Virus record (IMG/VR): IMGVR_UViG_3300041964_000076
Location: 65,498 to 107,563 of that record
Source: a virus
Length of the DNA stretch: 42,066 nucleotides
Strand: one strand, 5' to 3'
The position numbers and the translations under genes were made by a program. The notes below the pieces were generated by a model. It saw only the letters and a list, made by a program, of their open reading frames with translations. It was not told the DNA's origin and searched no databases. This document shows, piece after piece, positions 9,882 to 20,020 of the stretch. The first letter of the stretch is position 1, and the number at the start of each line of letters is the position of its first letter.

Positions 9882-10088
9882 ACGATCGCTCAAACCAATG
9901 GTAGCCGCGCCAGCTTCTTGGGATGCTCAGGGAGAGACACATCAGGCAAAAGCCGCGACATACCAAGTGACAGGGGAAGAACCGGGCGAAAACTGATTGG
10001 GCACCGATTATCTGCGAGTTAACGAAACGTGCTTCATGCTCTGATCATCGCAGGCGGCAACGGTGTATTTAAGCGATCGCACTTTTTT
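9882..10088 (+). ncRNA. candidate structured non-coding RNA (~200 nt)
   Basis: TAGAAT at 9870-9875, closing 5'/3' helix, two multi-stem domains, T6 tract at the 3' end, no credible ORF. Confidence 0.45.
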
Positions 10089-10127
10089 AAGGCACCCAGT
10101 TTTAGACCAGCTTGGAGAACTAAAGTA

Positions 10128-10433
10128 ATGGCGATCGAGGTCAACATCACGCCTGAACAAATTAATGAAGCAGTAGGACAGGCGATCGTTGATAGCGCGA
10201 TCGGGCAGTCAATGAAAAAGCTGCTAGAAGAAAAAGTTAAAGAACTGGGCAATCCGTACAGTGGCTTACTGCCCAAAGTTTTAGAGCAAGAAGTTGCTTT
10301 AGTTTTGAGAGAGATGATTAGAGAGGAACCTTACGCCACAATGATTCGTGAAAAGGTAAAAGAGAAGCTGACGGACGAGATTGTTTATAAGGTCACTAAT
10401 GCTGCTTACGATTCGTTCTTTGAGAAGCTATAA
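10128..10433 (+). CDS. hypothetical all-alpha protein (MAIEVNITPEQ...)
   Basis: GGAG RBS before ATG 10128 within ORF 10029..10433. Confidence 0.7.
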   Translation: MAIEVNITPEQINEAVGQAIVDSAIGQSMKKLLEEKVKELGNPYSGLLPKVLEQEVALVLREMIREEPYATMIREKVKEKLTDEIVYKVTNAAYDSFFEKL

Positions 10434-10444
10434 ACAATAGTCGC

Positions 10445-10510
10445 TCCCTACTCCCCACTCCCACCAACCGATCGCACACGGCTCTAGCCCGTTCTCAGCC
10501 AGTGCGATCG
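10445..10510. terminator. STRR-like heptamers plus hairpin between convergent genes
   Basis: CTCCCTA CTCCCCA CTCCC; CGATCGCAC..GGCT / AGCC.GTGCGATCG stem. Confidence 0.35.
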
Positions 10511-10537
10511 CCCAACCCAGGTTAGTTCAGGTGTGAG

Positions 10538-10929
10538 TTAGGGTGCCGCGATCGACGCATCTAAGGTAATTGTAAAGCTACCGCGCTCCATCGTGTAAAC
10601 CCTGCTACCATCTGTAGAAGCAAATTGAAAGTCGTAATACAGTGTCAGTCCGTCTAGGGGGACTTTAAGATCTTTGGTATCGGCTGGATAAATTTCTAGG
10701 ATGGCAGTTGTCGCATGATAATTTCAATCCCACTCCCTAGGACTTTCTCGATTAGAGCCTCGTCAGAGTTGAGCGCTTTTTTGACCGTGAAGCGGGGCGC
10801 ATAACCAGCGGTCTGAAAGCCTGACACCTTGAGCGGATGATTTGCAACCAGATCGGACTGGTTCGTGAAGCTAACTGTTGCCGTGTAATAGTCGCCCCTG
10901 ATTAGCTCGTAGCCATCTAAACTACTCAT
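10538..10929 (-). CDS. BppU-N-like virion protein (frameshift near 10715)
   Basis: LIRGD...RFTVKK...EIYPADTKDL...YYDFQF...TMERGSFTITLD. Confidence 0.6.
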
Positions 10930-11076
10930 TGATCGTCACCATTGCTAAAGGCTGGATGTTGAATGCGATCGCTGCTGTTGGTGATGCCACTAATACCACT
11001 AGAGTTACAGGTTGAGCATCAACGCTAATCTGTGCGATCGGCTGTGGGGCTATTGTTGTAATAGTGGTCGGTAGGT

Positions 11077-11247
11077 TCATAGCTTGGCAACGGCGATCGG
11101 TCTAGGGTCAAGTGTAATCAGGCAAAGGGGGCGATATTTCGTACCACTAAGCGCTAAATCCAGGAACAGCCCGCGTGAGCTATAGGCAGTTAGAGAGCCA
11201 AAGACACCGCGAGAGGCATAGTCAAAGATTGAGCCTGGGTTAATCAC
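11077..11247 (-). CDS. 56-aa hypothetical protein
   Basis: GTG start overlapping the upstream stop; MINPGSIFDYASRG...; ATGA-coupled to a further small ORF at 11080. Confidence 0.45.
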   Translation of the reverse strand: MINPGSIFDYASRGVFGSLTAYSSRGLFLDLALSGTKYRPLCLITLDPRPIAVAKL

Positions 11248-11880
11248 GGCTATAGACCTTCGTTGTTGGTGTTGGCTGTGTTACTGTCACCTTTTTTCCG
11301 TTGGCTGTCACTGTACCAGCGGTAGCATCGGCTGTCATCGGTTCACCCTCGGTATAGCCAGAAAGATCGGCTATATCCTCCACGATCGCTCTCGTTGCTG
11401 TCAAAACCGCTCGGTCCGTGTTCGTGAATCCGTCACTACTACCTGATGCGAATTGCACCAACAAAATACCCTGTGCGGTTTGATACTGCAAATTCACCAG
11501 TGGGTTAGGAGCGATTGGATAACTACCATCCACTTTGTAGATGTCCCGCGCTACAAAAGCCCCAGATGTCTTAGCGGTACGGATAATCCACTGATCGAGC
11601 AAGATTACTTCCACTCCTGCCAAAAGATCTAAGCCTGTGGCGGGATCAATGCCCTTTTGTATTTTCCCTGCGGTGAGACGATGTTGGGTCGCGCATAGCC
11701 GATCGTTGTCATCTCAGCAAACCTGGCGGCATCAGCAAGCCACTGGGCATCAACGACGCTAGTGGAGGCGGGAATCGTGATGATCTGGCTACCCCAATCA
11801 AAGACGGTGCCTGCCGTTAATTTGGAATCAGCGGCAACGCTGGCAACGTCTCCTGTCGTGACGGTGTAGCTAGGGGGCAT
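11240..11880 (-). CDS. phage virion protein (two ORFs joined by a frameshift near 11655)
   Basis: ORFs 11629..11880 and 11240..11623 read continuously after one indel. Confidence 0.6.
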
Positions 11881-12469
11881 TTACTCGGCTTTATAGGCGT
11901 GGGACTGAAAATATTCTAGCTTTGCCGAGAGGATTGCTAATTCTTCTTGCTGCACGGCATCGATCGCCGCAATTGCGTCCTCTCCACCTTCAATCTGCTC
12001 CCAGCCAATATGCTGAAACCAGGGATCGAGCTTGACCGGATCACGACTGATTGATTCTTCGTCATCGGCATAGCGCCATTTGTAGCCATCATCCTCAACG
12101 CTGGTAACGATTCGCGCTGATGGGTGTGGCGAAGTCGGGGATTCAATCAATTCCCCAGCCCAACCGACAATCAGATCACCTGGCTCTAGCCAGTCTTGCT
12201 GACGCTCCAAAAGTTGATCACGTTTGGGCAGGACCTGGCTACTCAATGCCTCTGCCAGCCCGTTCAGTACCAATCGCCGCGATCGGCTTGTATCTGTCTG
12301 CCCCAGGATGACCTTGCACCACATCGGGATGTTGCTTGAAATGCTCGACTAATTCCACGCCAAGCAAAACGGCTTGCAAATTTGCAACGGCTTGCTGAAT
12401 TTGACGCGCTTGTGGTTTGATGTCCGAGATTGTAGCAGCGGGCTTAGGTGGAGCGGGTTTGGTTGCCAT
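11881..12469 (-). CDS. hypothetical protein (frameshifted)
   Basis: ORFs 12239..12469 and 11881..12324 are probably one gene. Confidence 0.5.
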
Positions 12470-12473
12470 TGGT

Positions 12474-14216
12474 TTAGTTGTTGTTGATAGTGTCAGCGAT
12501 CGCGGTCACAGGTACGGAACTGTCAGCAGCGGTCAGCGTGTAGTTGGAGCTATCACCCTGAATCTTGCTAGCACCACTACCCAGCCGCACAAAGGAGGCA
12601 ACAGAGCGATCGGCGACATAGCGCAGCGCGACCGATACGGTTGAACTACCTGCTGTGGTGTCGAGGTAGGGGATGTAAGCGGCATTGGCCGCAGCGTAGG
12701 TTTTACTGAGGGTGCCGGAAAGCGTTAGGGTTGCGCCTGAAAACGAGGTATAGGCGTAACGGTCTTCGTTGCCGCTATTGTCGAACACCCGCACAAAGCC
12801 ACTAGAGGGTTTGTCGAGCGGAATGGCAGCGCTTAGTACTAGAGTGCCGTTGCCTGAATTGTTGCCAGCGGCAAGTGCAAACTCACTGGTCAGTAAGAAG
12901 TTACTGCTAGAGCTACGAGCCAAGATGACTTTAGCTCCAACCGGAACACCTGTTCGTGCTCTCAGGTAGAACACAGGGGGGTTGATTGGTGTCGTGGAGC
13001 CAGTCCCGATCGTCTGATAGTTGGAGGCATCGGATGACACCACGTTGATTGGATACCAGCCACGCGCATAGAAGATTTTGCCACCCGCGATCGCTGCGAT
13101 CGGTGAATCTTTGACCACCGTGTAGGCGCTGTTGAGGAACTGGAACAACTGCGCCTGGACACTGTTGATCGTTGTCGTGTTGCCTTTGCGGAAAATGTAT
13201 TTCAGGACAGAGTAAAGGACGGCGTTGGTTTGGCTGGACTGATCAACCCTGCCTGTGTAGGATTCGGTGCTGCCGTCCTGATCCACGTCAGCGGTAAACG
13301 AGCCGATCGTGAGCGCGATCGTTGCCGTCGTCCCGTTGGTCAGATTGAGCGCTTGAGCATTCGTCAGTGTATCAGCCAAATCCGCTTTGGTGTTCAAAGG
13401 TATCGGAGTACGCCCAAAGCCGCTTAGATCGGCGTTATACCAATCGTAAGTATCGCCTACCGTTGCCCCATCGAGCGCATTAGCGGCATCGCGGTTCGTT
13501 CGGTTAAAGAATGTAACGCTACCACTACTGATAAGGTTTCCGGCTTCGCGCACCTTGATCAAAATGTCGATATGGTTTCCGGTGATGTTGCTGTTACCGT
13601 ACCAGCCAGTCCCGTCCGTTACGGTTGAGCCTTGCGCAAAATAAGTACCACCGTGATTCAGGGTGCCGAGTGTATAGGCGTTGGCTGAACCTTCTTCGCC
13701 AGTTTGCGAACCAGTAGAGGCGATCGTACTACCTGCCCCTGTGCCCGTCGTGATGGTAATAGCTTCAGAGTTTGCGTAGGTGCCCGTCACCCTACGCACC
13801 CACCATTTACGGGCTGTGTTGTCATAGTCGAGTAACCTGCCCGTGGCTGTTGAAGTGCCACCGACAACCGTTTTGTAAAGGTCGCCCGTTATAGCGCTGG
13901 TGTAGCCACCGCTCGCCAGAGTCAGCAAATAAATGGTATTGGCGAAGCCGCTGGTTTGAATCGAACCACCTTGCAGGAATCTGTACGAAGCCTGGGTCAG
14001 ATACCAGCCTTGTACCAACGTATAGTCCGTTTTCGTACTAGCGGTTAATGGTGTTGGATAGGCGATCGAGCCAGCGAGTGCGATCGCGCCAATTTCATCA
14101 AACAGATTTTGCAATAAACTGTAAAAATCTACGCACTGATAAACCGTGAATAGTGTCGCGTTAATATTGAGCCGCTGATTCGGCAAATTAATCTGTAGAT
14201 CGTCAATTAAAGCCAT
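12474..14216 (-). CDS. Thr/Gly-rich virion structural protein, 580 aa
   Basis: long ORF, beta-rich composition, position in the late module; C-terminal domain shared with 15854..18143. Confidence 0.75.
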   Translation of the reverse strand: MALIDDLQINLPNQRLNINATLFTVYQCVDFYSLLQNLFDEIGAIALAGSIAYPTPLTASTKTDYTLVQGWYLTQASYRFLQGGSIQTSGFANTIYLLTLASGGYTSAITGDLYKTVVGGTSTATGRLLDYDNTARKWWVRRVTGTYANSEAITITTGTGAGSTIASTGSQTGEEGSANAYTLGTLNHGGTYFAQGSTVTDGTGWYGNSNITGNHIDILIKVREAGNLISSGSVTFFNRTNRDAANALDGATVGDTYDWYNADLSGFGRTPIPLNTKADLADTLTNAQALNLTNGTTATIALTIGSFTADVDQDGSTESYTGRVDQSSQTNAVLYSVLKYIFRKGNTTTINSVQAQLFQFLNSAYTVVKDSPIAAIAGGKIFYARGWYPINVVSSDASNYQTIGTGSTTPINPPVFYLRARTGVPVGAKVILARSSSSNFLLTSEFALAAGNNSGNGTLVLSAAIPLDKPSSGFVRVFDNSGNEDRYAYTSFSGATLTLSGTLSKTYAAANAAYIPYLDTTAGSSTVSVALRYVADRSVASFVRLGSGASKIQGDSSNYTLTAADSSVPVTAIADTINNN

Positions 14217-14420
14217 CGGGCATCATCCTCTGTTTAGTTCAAAGGGATGCACCATAAGGGGAATCCAGGTCAATCAAGTGGGCAAAAATGGCGACTTGAT
14301 TGGTCGATAAAAATTTAGCTAGCTTCTTTCAATAGTCTTCGATCGCGGCGGCAATCATCAACAGGGCGCCGCCTGACCGTAATCAGCAACAACCTAATCT
14401 TAGCCTCTCCTCCTTTTTTT

Positions 14421-15470
14421 TCAGCTTTTTCCAATGCCTTCATAGTTTCGTGATCCGTAGCGTGATGACATAATCTGTTGTTGGCTGTGCCGGGGGTAGG
14501 GGCTGTGAAGCGGCTGGATTCCCCACGACAGGTGTTGCGGTGATGCCCGTGGGAGTGAAAGAGCGATTAAACTAAGGGCGGGACTGCCAACAACGGGAGT
14601 AGCGGTAATGCCCGTGGGGACGAAGAGGGCAATTAAGCTAAGTTTCGGATTCCCTACGACAGGCGTAGCAGTGATGCCCGTGGGGACGAGCCGCCATTGC
14701 AGTGCGATCGCAGGATTGCCAACCACAGGGGCACCCGTGGCGATACCTGTGGGTGTGAGCGCCACCGGAATATCTTCGCGAAACGCTGCAATCAGGACAA
14801 CATGACGGGCTGAAGCAGAGGCGGTCGCCGTGATATTGCCTGTCGCGCCAGCAGTTGAGCGGACGGCATCCGCGATCGCTAACGTGCAGTCGGCTCCTGT
14901 TGTCGTGCTGTTATCCGATCGTTCCTGCCATGTCCCTGCGATCGGGTCGGCTGTTTGGGCTGAGTTCGTACCGGATGAGGTGGCGGGGTCTGTGGCAGCG
15001 AACACCGAGAAAGTGTTGGCGCGGGCACCACAGGCAGCAACCACAATCAGATCGCGTGCGTTTACAGTCGTAACGCCAGCAACACTGATGGCTGTCCCGG
15101 TGGTACCCATCGTCGTGCTGCCAGTAGCCGTCAGCGATGTACCTGGAGCGCCACCCCGATAAGAAATGATTCGACCCAGCGCGACATCGCCCCCCGTTCT
15201 GGTAAACGTCAGGTTTGGGGCGCTAGTGCCACGCACGATGTACGCCATGAAGCCACTACCTATACTAGTGGTGTTATTGGCTGTCGTGTTGCCTGTATTC
15301 TGGCTAGTTGCGTCGTTCCAGCCTGATGGTCTTGTGAACGCTGCGTTAGAGCGATAGCTGATGCAGGCAATCAAGGAGATCGCCTACCTGCACACCAGCG
15401 GGTTCTGTGAGCGTCAGGTTGCCTGATGCTACTTCTGCCGTCGCTCCGAGTAGTCAGTATTCCAGGGCAC
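14421..15470 (-). CDS. virion protein with C-terminal PTGITATPVVGxP repeats (frameshifted at both ends)
   Basis: ORF 14421..15374 plus upstream GTG at 15470; four ~22-aa repeats. Confidence 0.65.
14515..14760 (-). repeat. four imperfect ~66-bp coding tandem repeats
   Basis: PTGIATGAPVVGNP / PTGITATPVVGNP / PTGITATPVVGSP / PTGITATPVVGNP. Confidence 0.8.
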
Positions 15471-15844
15471 TTAAACCGCTCCTGGTATCCCGATGTCAAA
15501 CGCAGCAGTCGTAAACGAGTACGATGTTGTGACGGCTAGGCTCGAACTTAGAGCGCCTGTCGCCAGTAGCCTTGAGTTAACGGTGTCGCTCAGTGCCCAA
15601 GTGGTTGCCGTCCCGTTCACCGTCACCGTGCCGCCTGATGTGATCGCCGCCACCGTTACTCTGCGACCACTGGGCGATCGTGCAGCGGGTGAGCCGATCG
15701 TCGGTGCCGTTCGATTGCCTAGTGTGTTGGTCGATGTCGCCGCGCGTAGGTTGTGGGTTCTGCGGAGCAAATATCGAACCGATTAACCTCTGTTGTGAGA
15801 ATGGTTAACCCGCTATCGAGGACGCGATCGGCAAGAAAAGGCAT
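15471..15844 (-). CDS. conserved small phage structural protein (frameshift near 15745)
   Basis: MPFLADRVLDSGLTILTTEVNRFDICSAEPTT...SRLLATGALSSS...FDIGIPGAV. Confidence 0.7.
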
Positions 15845-15853
15845 CAGAAACTC

Positions 15854-18143
15854 CTATACGGTAGCGTTGTTGATCGAATCGAGAATGCCAGATACCGGAA
15901 TCACCTGACTGCTGTTGACGATGACAAAAGCCTGGCGCAAATCCTTAATCCGTCCGGTGCCTGAACCTTTACGCACTGCCAGCACACAATCACGATCGGC
16001 TATGTATTGGATCGTATTGGACTCACTACCCGTAGCAGAACCCAGCACATCCAGGTAGCCCACATAAGCACCGTCGCCTGCTGTATAGGATGTAGGCAAC
16101 GTTCCCGACAGAGTGAACGTTGAGCCGCTGTAGCTGGTATAGGCTAAACGATCCTCCACTCCAGATGTTCTCACTACACGCACAAAGCCTGCTGCTGGTG
16201 TATCGAGCGGAATCGCTGCACTCAAGACAAGGGTAGAGTTGCCTGAGTTGTTGCCAGCGGCTAAGGCGAACTGAGCGCGATCGGCAATGATGCTCCCCGT
16301 GCCGAGACTTTTGAAGACACCGATCGCTGCCCCTATCGGGGCACCTTGCACTGCGACCTGAATGGAAGACGGAGCGACCATGACCGTAACACCTGTGCCC
16401 GCCGTAATGCCTGTTGTGTTATCTACGATCACCGTGGCACTACCAGAAACTCGGTTAATGGTAGTGCCACTGGCGAATGTCCAACCGCTAAGGTTGGTTG
16501 TGCCTGCCACTACAGTGACGATCGCCGTTGCTCCCACAACGCCTTTAATAGCACTATAGTTGCCTGCTGCCTGAAGCGCGATCGAGCCGCTATCAGTCTG
16601 GTAGAAGGCCGTAAGACTGGAGGGACTGAGTAGCGTCAGGGTACCATTCGATTTGATACCATCACTAAACTTGGCTATGCTAGCCGTGAGCGTACCACCA
16701 GAAGCGATCGTGAGATTGGTTGAGCCGAAGTCGGCTAGCTGACCGACTCGCAAAGGTGCCGTGATATTGTCGTTGTTGCGCCAGTAGAGCTTCCTAGAGT
16801 CATAAGCCTGAGCCAACGACAGACTACCCGAAAGTGTGATCAGGTTGGCTGCGTGAGCAACGCCTGAGTAGCCGCTAACGGTTGTTGTGTTGGTTTGAGT
16901 AACGCCTGTATCAACGATAAAAATTAAGTCTACGTAAAAGTTGATTGATTTATCGCTATTGATCTTGCCAATTTGCTCCGTTGGAGTCCCTTGCAGCGAG
17001 GGTTTTAGGTGTAAATAGCTCCTAAATTCAATCTCAGTCGAAACGTTTTGGACGGTATAGGGACGTTCTGTATAGATCCCCCCCACATTATCGAATGTAT
17101 AAATAACTTGAGGGTTTTGGGCAACCGTAGCCCCTGTCTGTAAGGTTTGCTTTGCCCTCACCCAAAGCGACGGTCGGGCAATGTTACTGCCAGTTGTATC
17201 AAGTTGACTGTCGTAGGTGCCTGTTAAAATGCCTGAGCTATTAGTCGTATAACGACCTATCTCCGTTTTAGAACCGCCAATGTTAGCGCGATCGTCACGG
17301 TAAATAACTAAAGCGTCATTTACTGCTGCACCATTACTATCCTTAAATTTCCAGGATACGGAGTATCCTAAATACGCGACCCCATTTGATTCGGTAATGA
17401 GTGTTTTTGTAAAATCGTAAGCAGCAGGATTCCACAGATAAATTCTGTTATTGGTCGCCCCCTGCCCGATCGTCCCTAGATAGCCTGATGTGGTTGATGG
17501 GATATTGATACCAATTAGATCTAGCCTTCCGGCTTCCCAATTCAGAAAGCCGAACCCACAATTCAGCAGCGATACATCACTAAAGACTGATGGTGGAGCA
17601 ACAAACTCAAGCGTTTTAATGCCTCTGAAAGAAGCCGATCGCAAGATCGCGTTTGCTTGCGAATAAACCAAAGCGCTGGGCATACTATTTTCTTCAGCGA
17701 TCGCGCTATCGGAAAGCTCGGAAATAAAAATCCTGGCTTCGTTCCAGGGGTTTAACAACAGGATGTGTGATTGGTTCCTAACGCTTAAAAGATCCGATGT
17801 GTTGAATCGTGAAGTTCCGTAAGAAAAAACTGACTCAGAGTCGTTTACAGTGCTTGGAGTATTTAGAAGGCTGATTTGTGAGTAGTTGATCGTAATTGTG
17901 CCCGTTAACTTACCGCCGCCAGCCACTTGCAAAACTTCACCCGAAATTGTTGCCACCAACCCCGTTTTATGGGAGGCAACAAAATCTACACCGTTCGTTG
18001 TGCTATCAACCGTTAGCCCTGTATATGACATTAGTAAGCCTCGATCGCGCTCAACCGACTCACCTGCAAGCCCATCCCGTTAACTCTCCTGCTGCATGGG
18101 CAGAGGCGATCGGTGTGGCTAGATTGGTAAGCGGGAAAGACAT
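15854..18143 (-). CDS. large virion/receptor-binding-like protein (at least 725 aa)
   Basis: ORF 15854..18031; probable true start ATG 18143 via a frameshift; shared C-terminal domain. Confidence 0.75.
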
Positions 18144-18182
18144 TTGCGGTTACGATCGCATCAACAAAAGAACTTCAAAACT

Positions 18183-18575
18183 ATGCTTGATACCGACGAA
18201 ATCACCCAAATTGTTTCAGTGTTAAGGCTCGATCCTGAAACCAGTTTCGACGCTGTTTTCACTAGAGTCGAAGTGCTAGCAGCGATCGACCTGACTAGAG
18301 GGTCAGACTTTATAAAGCGGATTCAAACCATGCTCGAAGACATTACCAAATATGAGAAGCTGATCAAAACAGGTCAGGCTGACGGCAGCGGCAATGTTGT
18401 TTCCACGAATGTCGATGGTGAGTACAGCGTGACCTATGGATCGGGTGGTAGCGTTGCGTCGGTGCAACAGGCACTTAGTCAGACGATCGCTGCTTTAAGA
18501 GCTTTGATTTTCCCCAACTCACGCCGATCGCCCTTGTTCGGCACTCAAAGCCTCACCCATCGCATCACCTCCTAG
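18183..18575 (+). CDS. putative head-tail adaptor/connector, opposite strand to the late module
   Basis: helical N-terminus then VVSTNVDGEYSVTYG, like the SxxxGxYSVxY hairpin of adaptor proteins. Confidence 0.5.
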   Translation: MLDTDEITQIVSVLRLDPETSFDAVFTRVEVLAAIDLTRGSDFIKRIQTMLEDITKYEKLIKTGQADGSGNVVSTNVDGEYSVTYGSGGSVASVQQALSQTIAALRALIFPNSRRSPLFGTQSLTHRITS

Positions 18576-18951
18576 TCAAAAGAGATCTGAGGAGCTAACG
18601 CATCCCAATCAACACGACTGATGGTTTTCAAATCATCAATACTAGTGAAGCGTTGATCGGGTCGGGTATTCCGTAGCATGACAAGTTGTCTTGCTACCTT
18701 TAGCCCAACACCGCTTAAACCATCAGCGATCGCTTCAGCCGTAGCCGTATTGATCGCGATGGTTTGCGGCGCTTCTATTTCTTCCTGAACTTCGATGGAT
18801 GGTGTTGCCTCCTCAGTTGTAGGGTTTCGACTGGGGCGATCGGTTGTACCGTTAGCCCGATCGCTTCTGCTAAATCGTCAGGGATGTCAGCTTCGCCCGA
18901 TGGATAAAACTGACCTTTCCACCCGTAGCTTTTGTCTAAGGTCGTTTTCAC
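18572..18951 (-). CDS. capsid-adjacent protein with ComEA-like helix-hairpin-helix (frameshift near 18825; absent from the ORF track)
   Basis: GGAGG + GTG; MKTTLDKSYGWKGQFYPSGEADIPDDLAEAIG...INTATAEAIADGLSGVGLKVARQLVMLR...RFTSIDDL. Confidence 0.7.
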
Positions 18952-19021
18952 TTAGCCTCCTGAATATATAAAGAATTGCCTAAAAGCATTACTGCTACTA
19001 GGTTTCCAGTTATTCATAAAG

Positions 19022-19114
19022 TAAAATAGTTGTGCAAACACAAATAGCTCAAGGGTCATGATTTGGCGGTCAAAACCTTGAGCTATTCGCTGAAACCAGT
19101 AGAGGTTCTTTTTC
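19022..19114 (+). promoter_or_regulatory. -10 box plus hairpin leader of HNH gene
   Basis: TAAAAT 19022-19027; 12-bp stem AATAGCTCAAGG/CCTTGAGCTATT at 19043-19087; GAGGT SD in a weak second stem. Confidence 0.55.
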
Positions 19115-20020
19115 ATGCTACCCGCTTTTAATCCTGAAGTACATTTTTTAGGCAATCTCTGTAGGCGTAATCACGCTTATGGAGATACGAACAAGACTTT
19201 ACGCTACAGAGCCAACAAGCATTGCTTGACGTGCAGCATTAAAATTAGGCAAGCGAAGCAAAAGCCTAAACCAGTGCGCTACGCTTATTGCCCTTTCCCT
19301 CAGATCGAAGTAAAGAAAGATCGCTACCAACTGGGACAGCTTTGTGTAAATCTGCATGATTGGGGCAATGGTCAAAGCGTTCGATTGTTGAGCAGCAACC
19401 AATGCTTTGAGTGCAGAAGAACGATCCATAAAACGACTTGCAAGACTTACGAAGAAAGAAAGCCTTACTTCCAAATGTGGCAAAGGAACAATCGAGACAA
19501 AGCTAGAGCGGCTCAACGTCGATACCTCGATCGCAATCCTGATTACAACAAAGATTACTATCGCAGAAACAAAGCGGTTGAATTGCCCAAGAAAAACCGC
19601 TATAAGCGAGAGCACCCAGAACTGATGAGGCAGCAGCGTCGATCCTACTATCAGAACAACAAAAGCAAGGTTGCAATAAAAGTCAGAATAAGACAGCAAA
19701 AAATTCTTGCCAACAATCATCATATTGCTTGGAGTCGCCAAGAAGAAATCTTGAGACGGCAAGAATTTGACAATTGCTGCGCTTACTGTTCTATTAGCAA
19801 CCCGATCGCTCTCGATCATTTCATTCCTTTGATAAAAGGCGGCTCTGATTGTATTAGCAACATTGTGCCTGCCTGTACTCGTTGTAATTCTTCCAAGCGC
19901 GATCGTGACCCCAAAGAATGGTATCAACGTCAAGACTTTTTCTCGATAAAAAAGTGGAAACATATCTTGAAAGTGCTTGGGAAAAATGAAGCAAACTACA
20001 GGCAGATAACTTTGTTTTAA
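19115..20020 (+). CDS. HNH endonuclease with duplicated N-terminal Cys/His modules
   Basis: LGNLCRRNH...CLTC and LGQLCVNLH...CFEC; CAYC...DHFIPLIKGGSDCISNIVPACTRCNSSK. Confidence 0.88.
   Translation: MLPAFNPEVHFLGNLCRRNHAYGDTNKTLRYRANKHCLTCSIKIRQAKQKPKPVRYAYCPFPQIEVKKDRYQLGQLCVNLHDWGNGQSVRLLSSNQCFECRRTIHKTTCKTYEERKPYFQMWQRNNRDKARAAQRRYLDRNPDYNKDYYRRNKAVELPKKNRYKREHPELMRQQRRSYYQNNKSKVAIKVRIRQQKILANNHHIAWSRQEEILRRQEFDNCCAYCSISNPIALDHFIPLIKGGSDCISNIVPACTRCNSSKRDRDPKEWYQRQDFFSIKKWKHILKVLGKNEANYRQITLF

Noticed and set aside
9847-9891. GAGCGATCG/CGATCGCTC hairpin as a terminator
   Set aside because: Stem made of palindromic HIP1 sites with a long loop and no U-tract; expected by chance in this genome
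9966-10006. Cobalamin riboswitch-like GGGGAA..CCGG.GAAA segment
   Set aside because: Lacks the CCCGCAACTGT element and B12 box
10010-10050. Hammerhead-like CTGATCA/GAAA, and an 8-nt match ATCTGCGA to the attP core (guide or bridge RNA idea)
   Set aside because: Core is not CUGANGA with the right stems; an 8-mer match is plausible by chance and lies in a predicted paired stem
12474-18031. Diversity-generating retroelement or invertible tail-fibre shufflon
   Set aside because: No reverse transcriptase and no near-identical TR/VR pair; the shared domains are diverged and in direct orientation
18952-19030. Stranded capsid 3' end after the antisense HNH gene
   Set aside because: Translations in all three minus frames show no convincing similarity to the capsid C-terminus
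19199-19963. 254-aa minus-strand ORF and similar antisense ORFs
   Set aside because: Shadow of the motif-bearing HNH gene on the opposite strand
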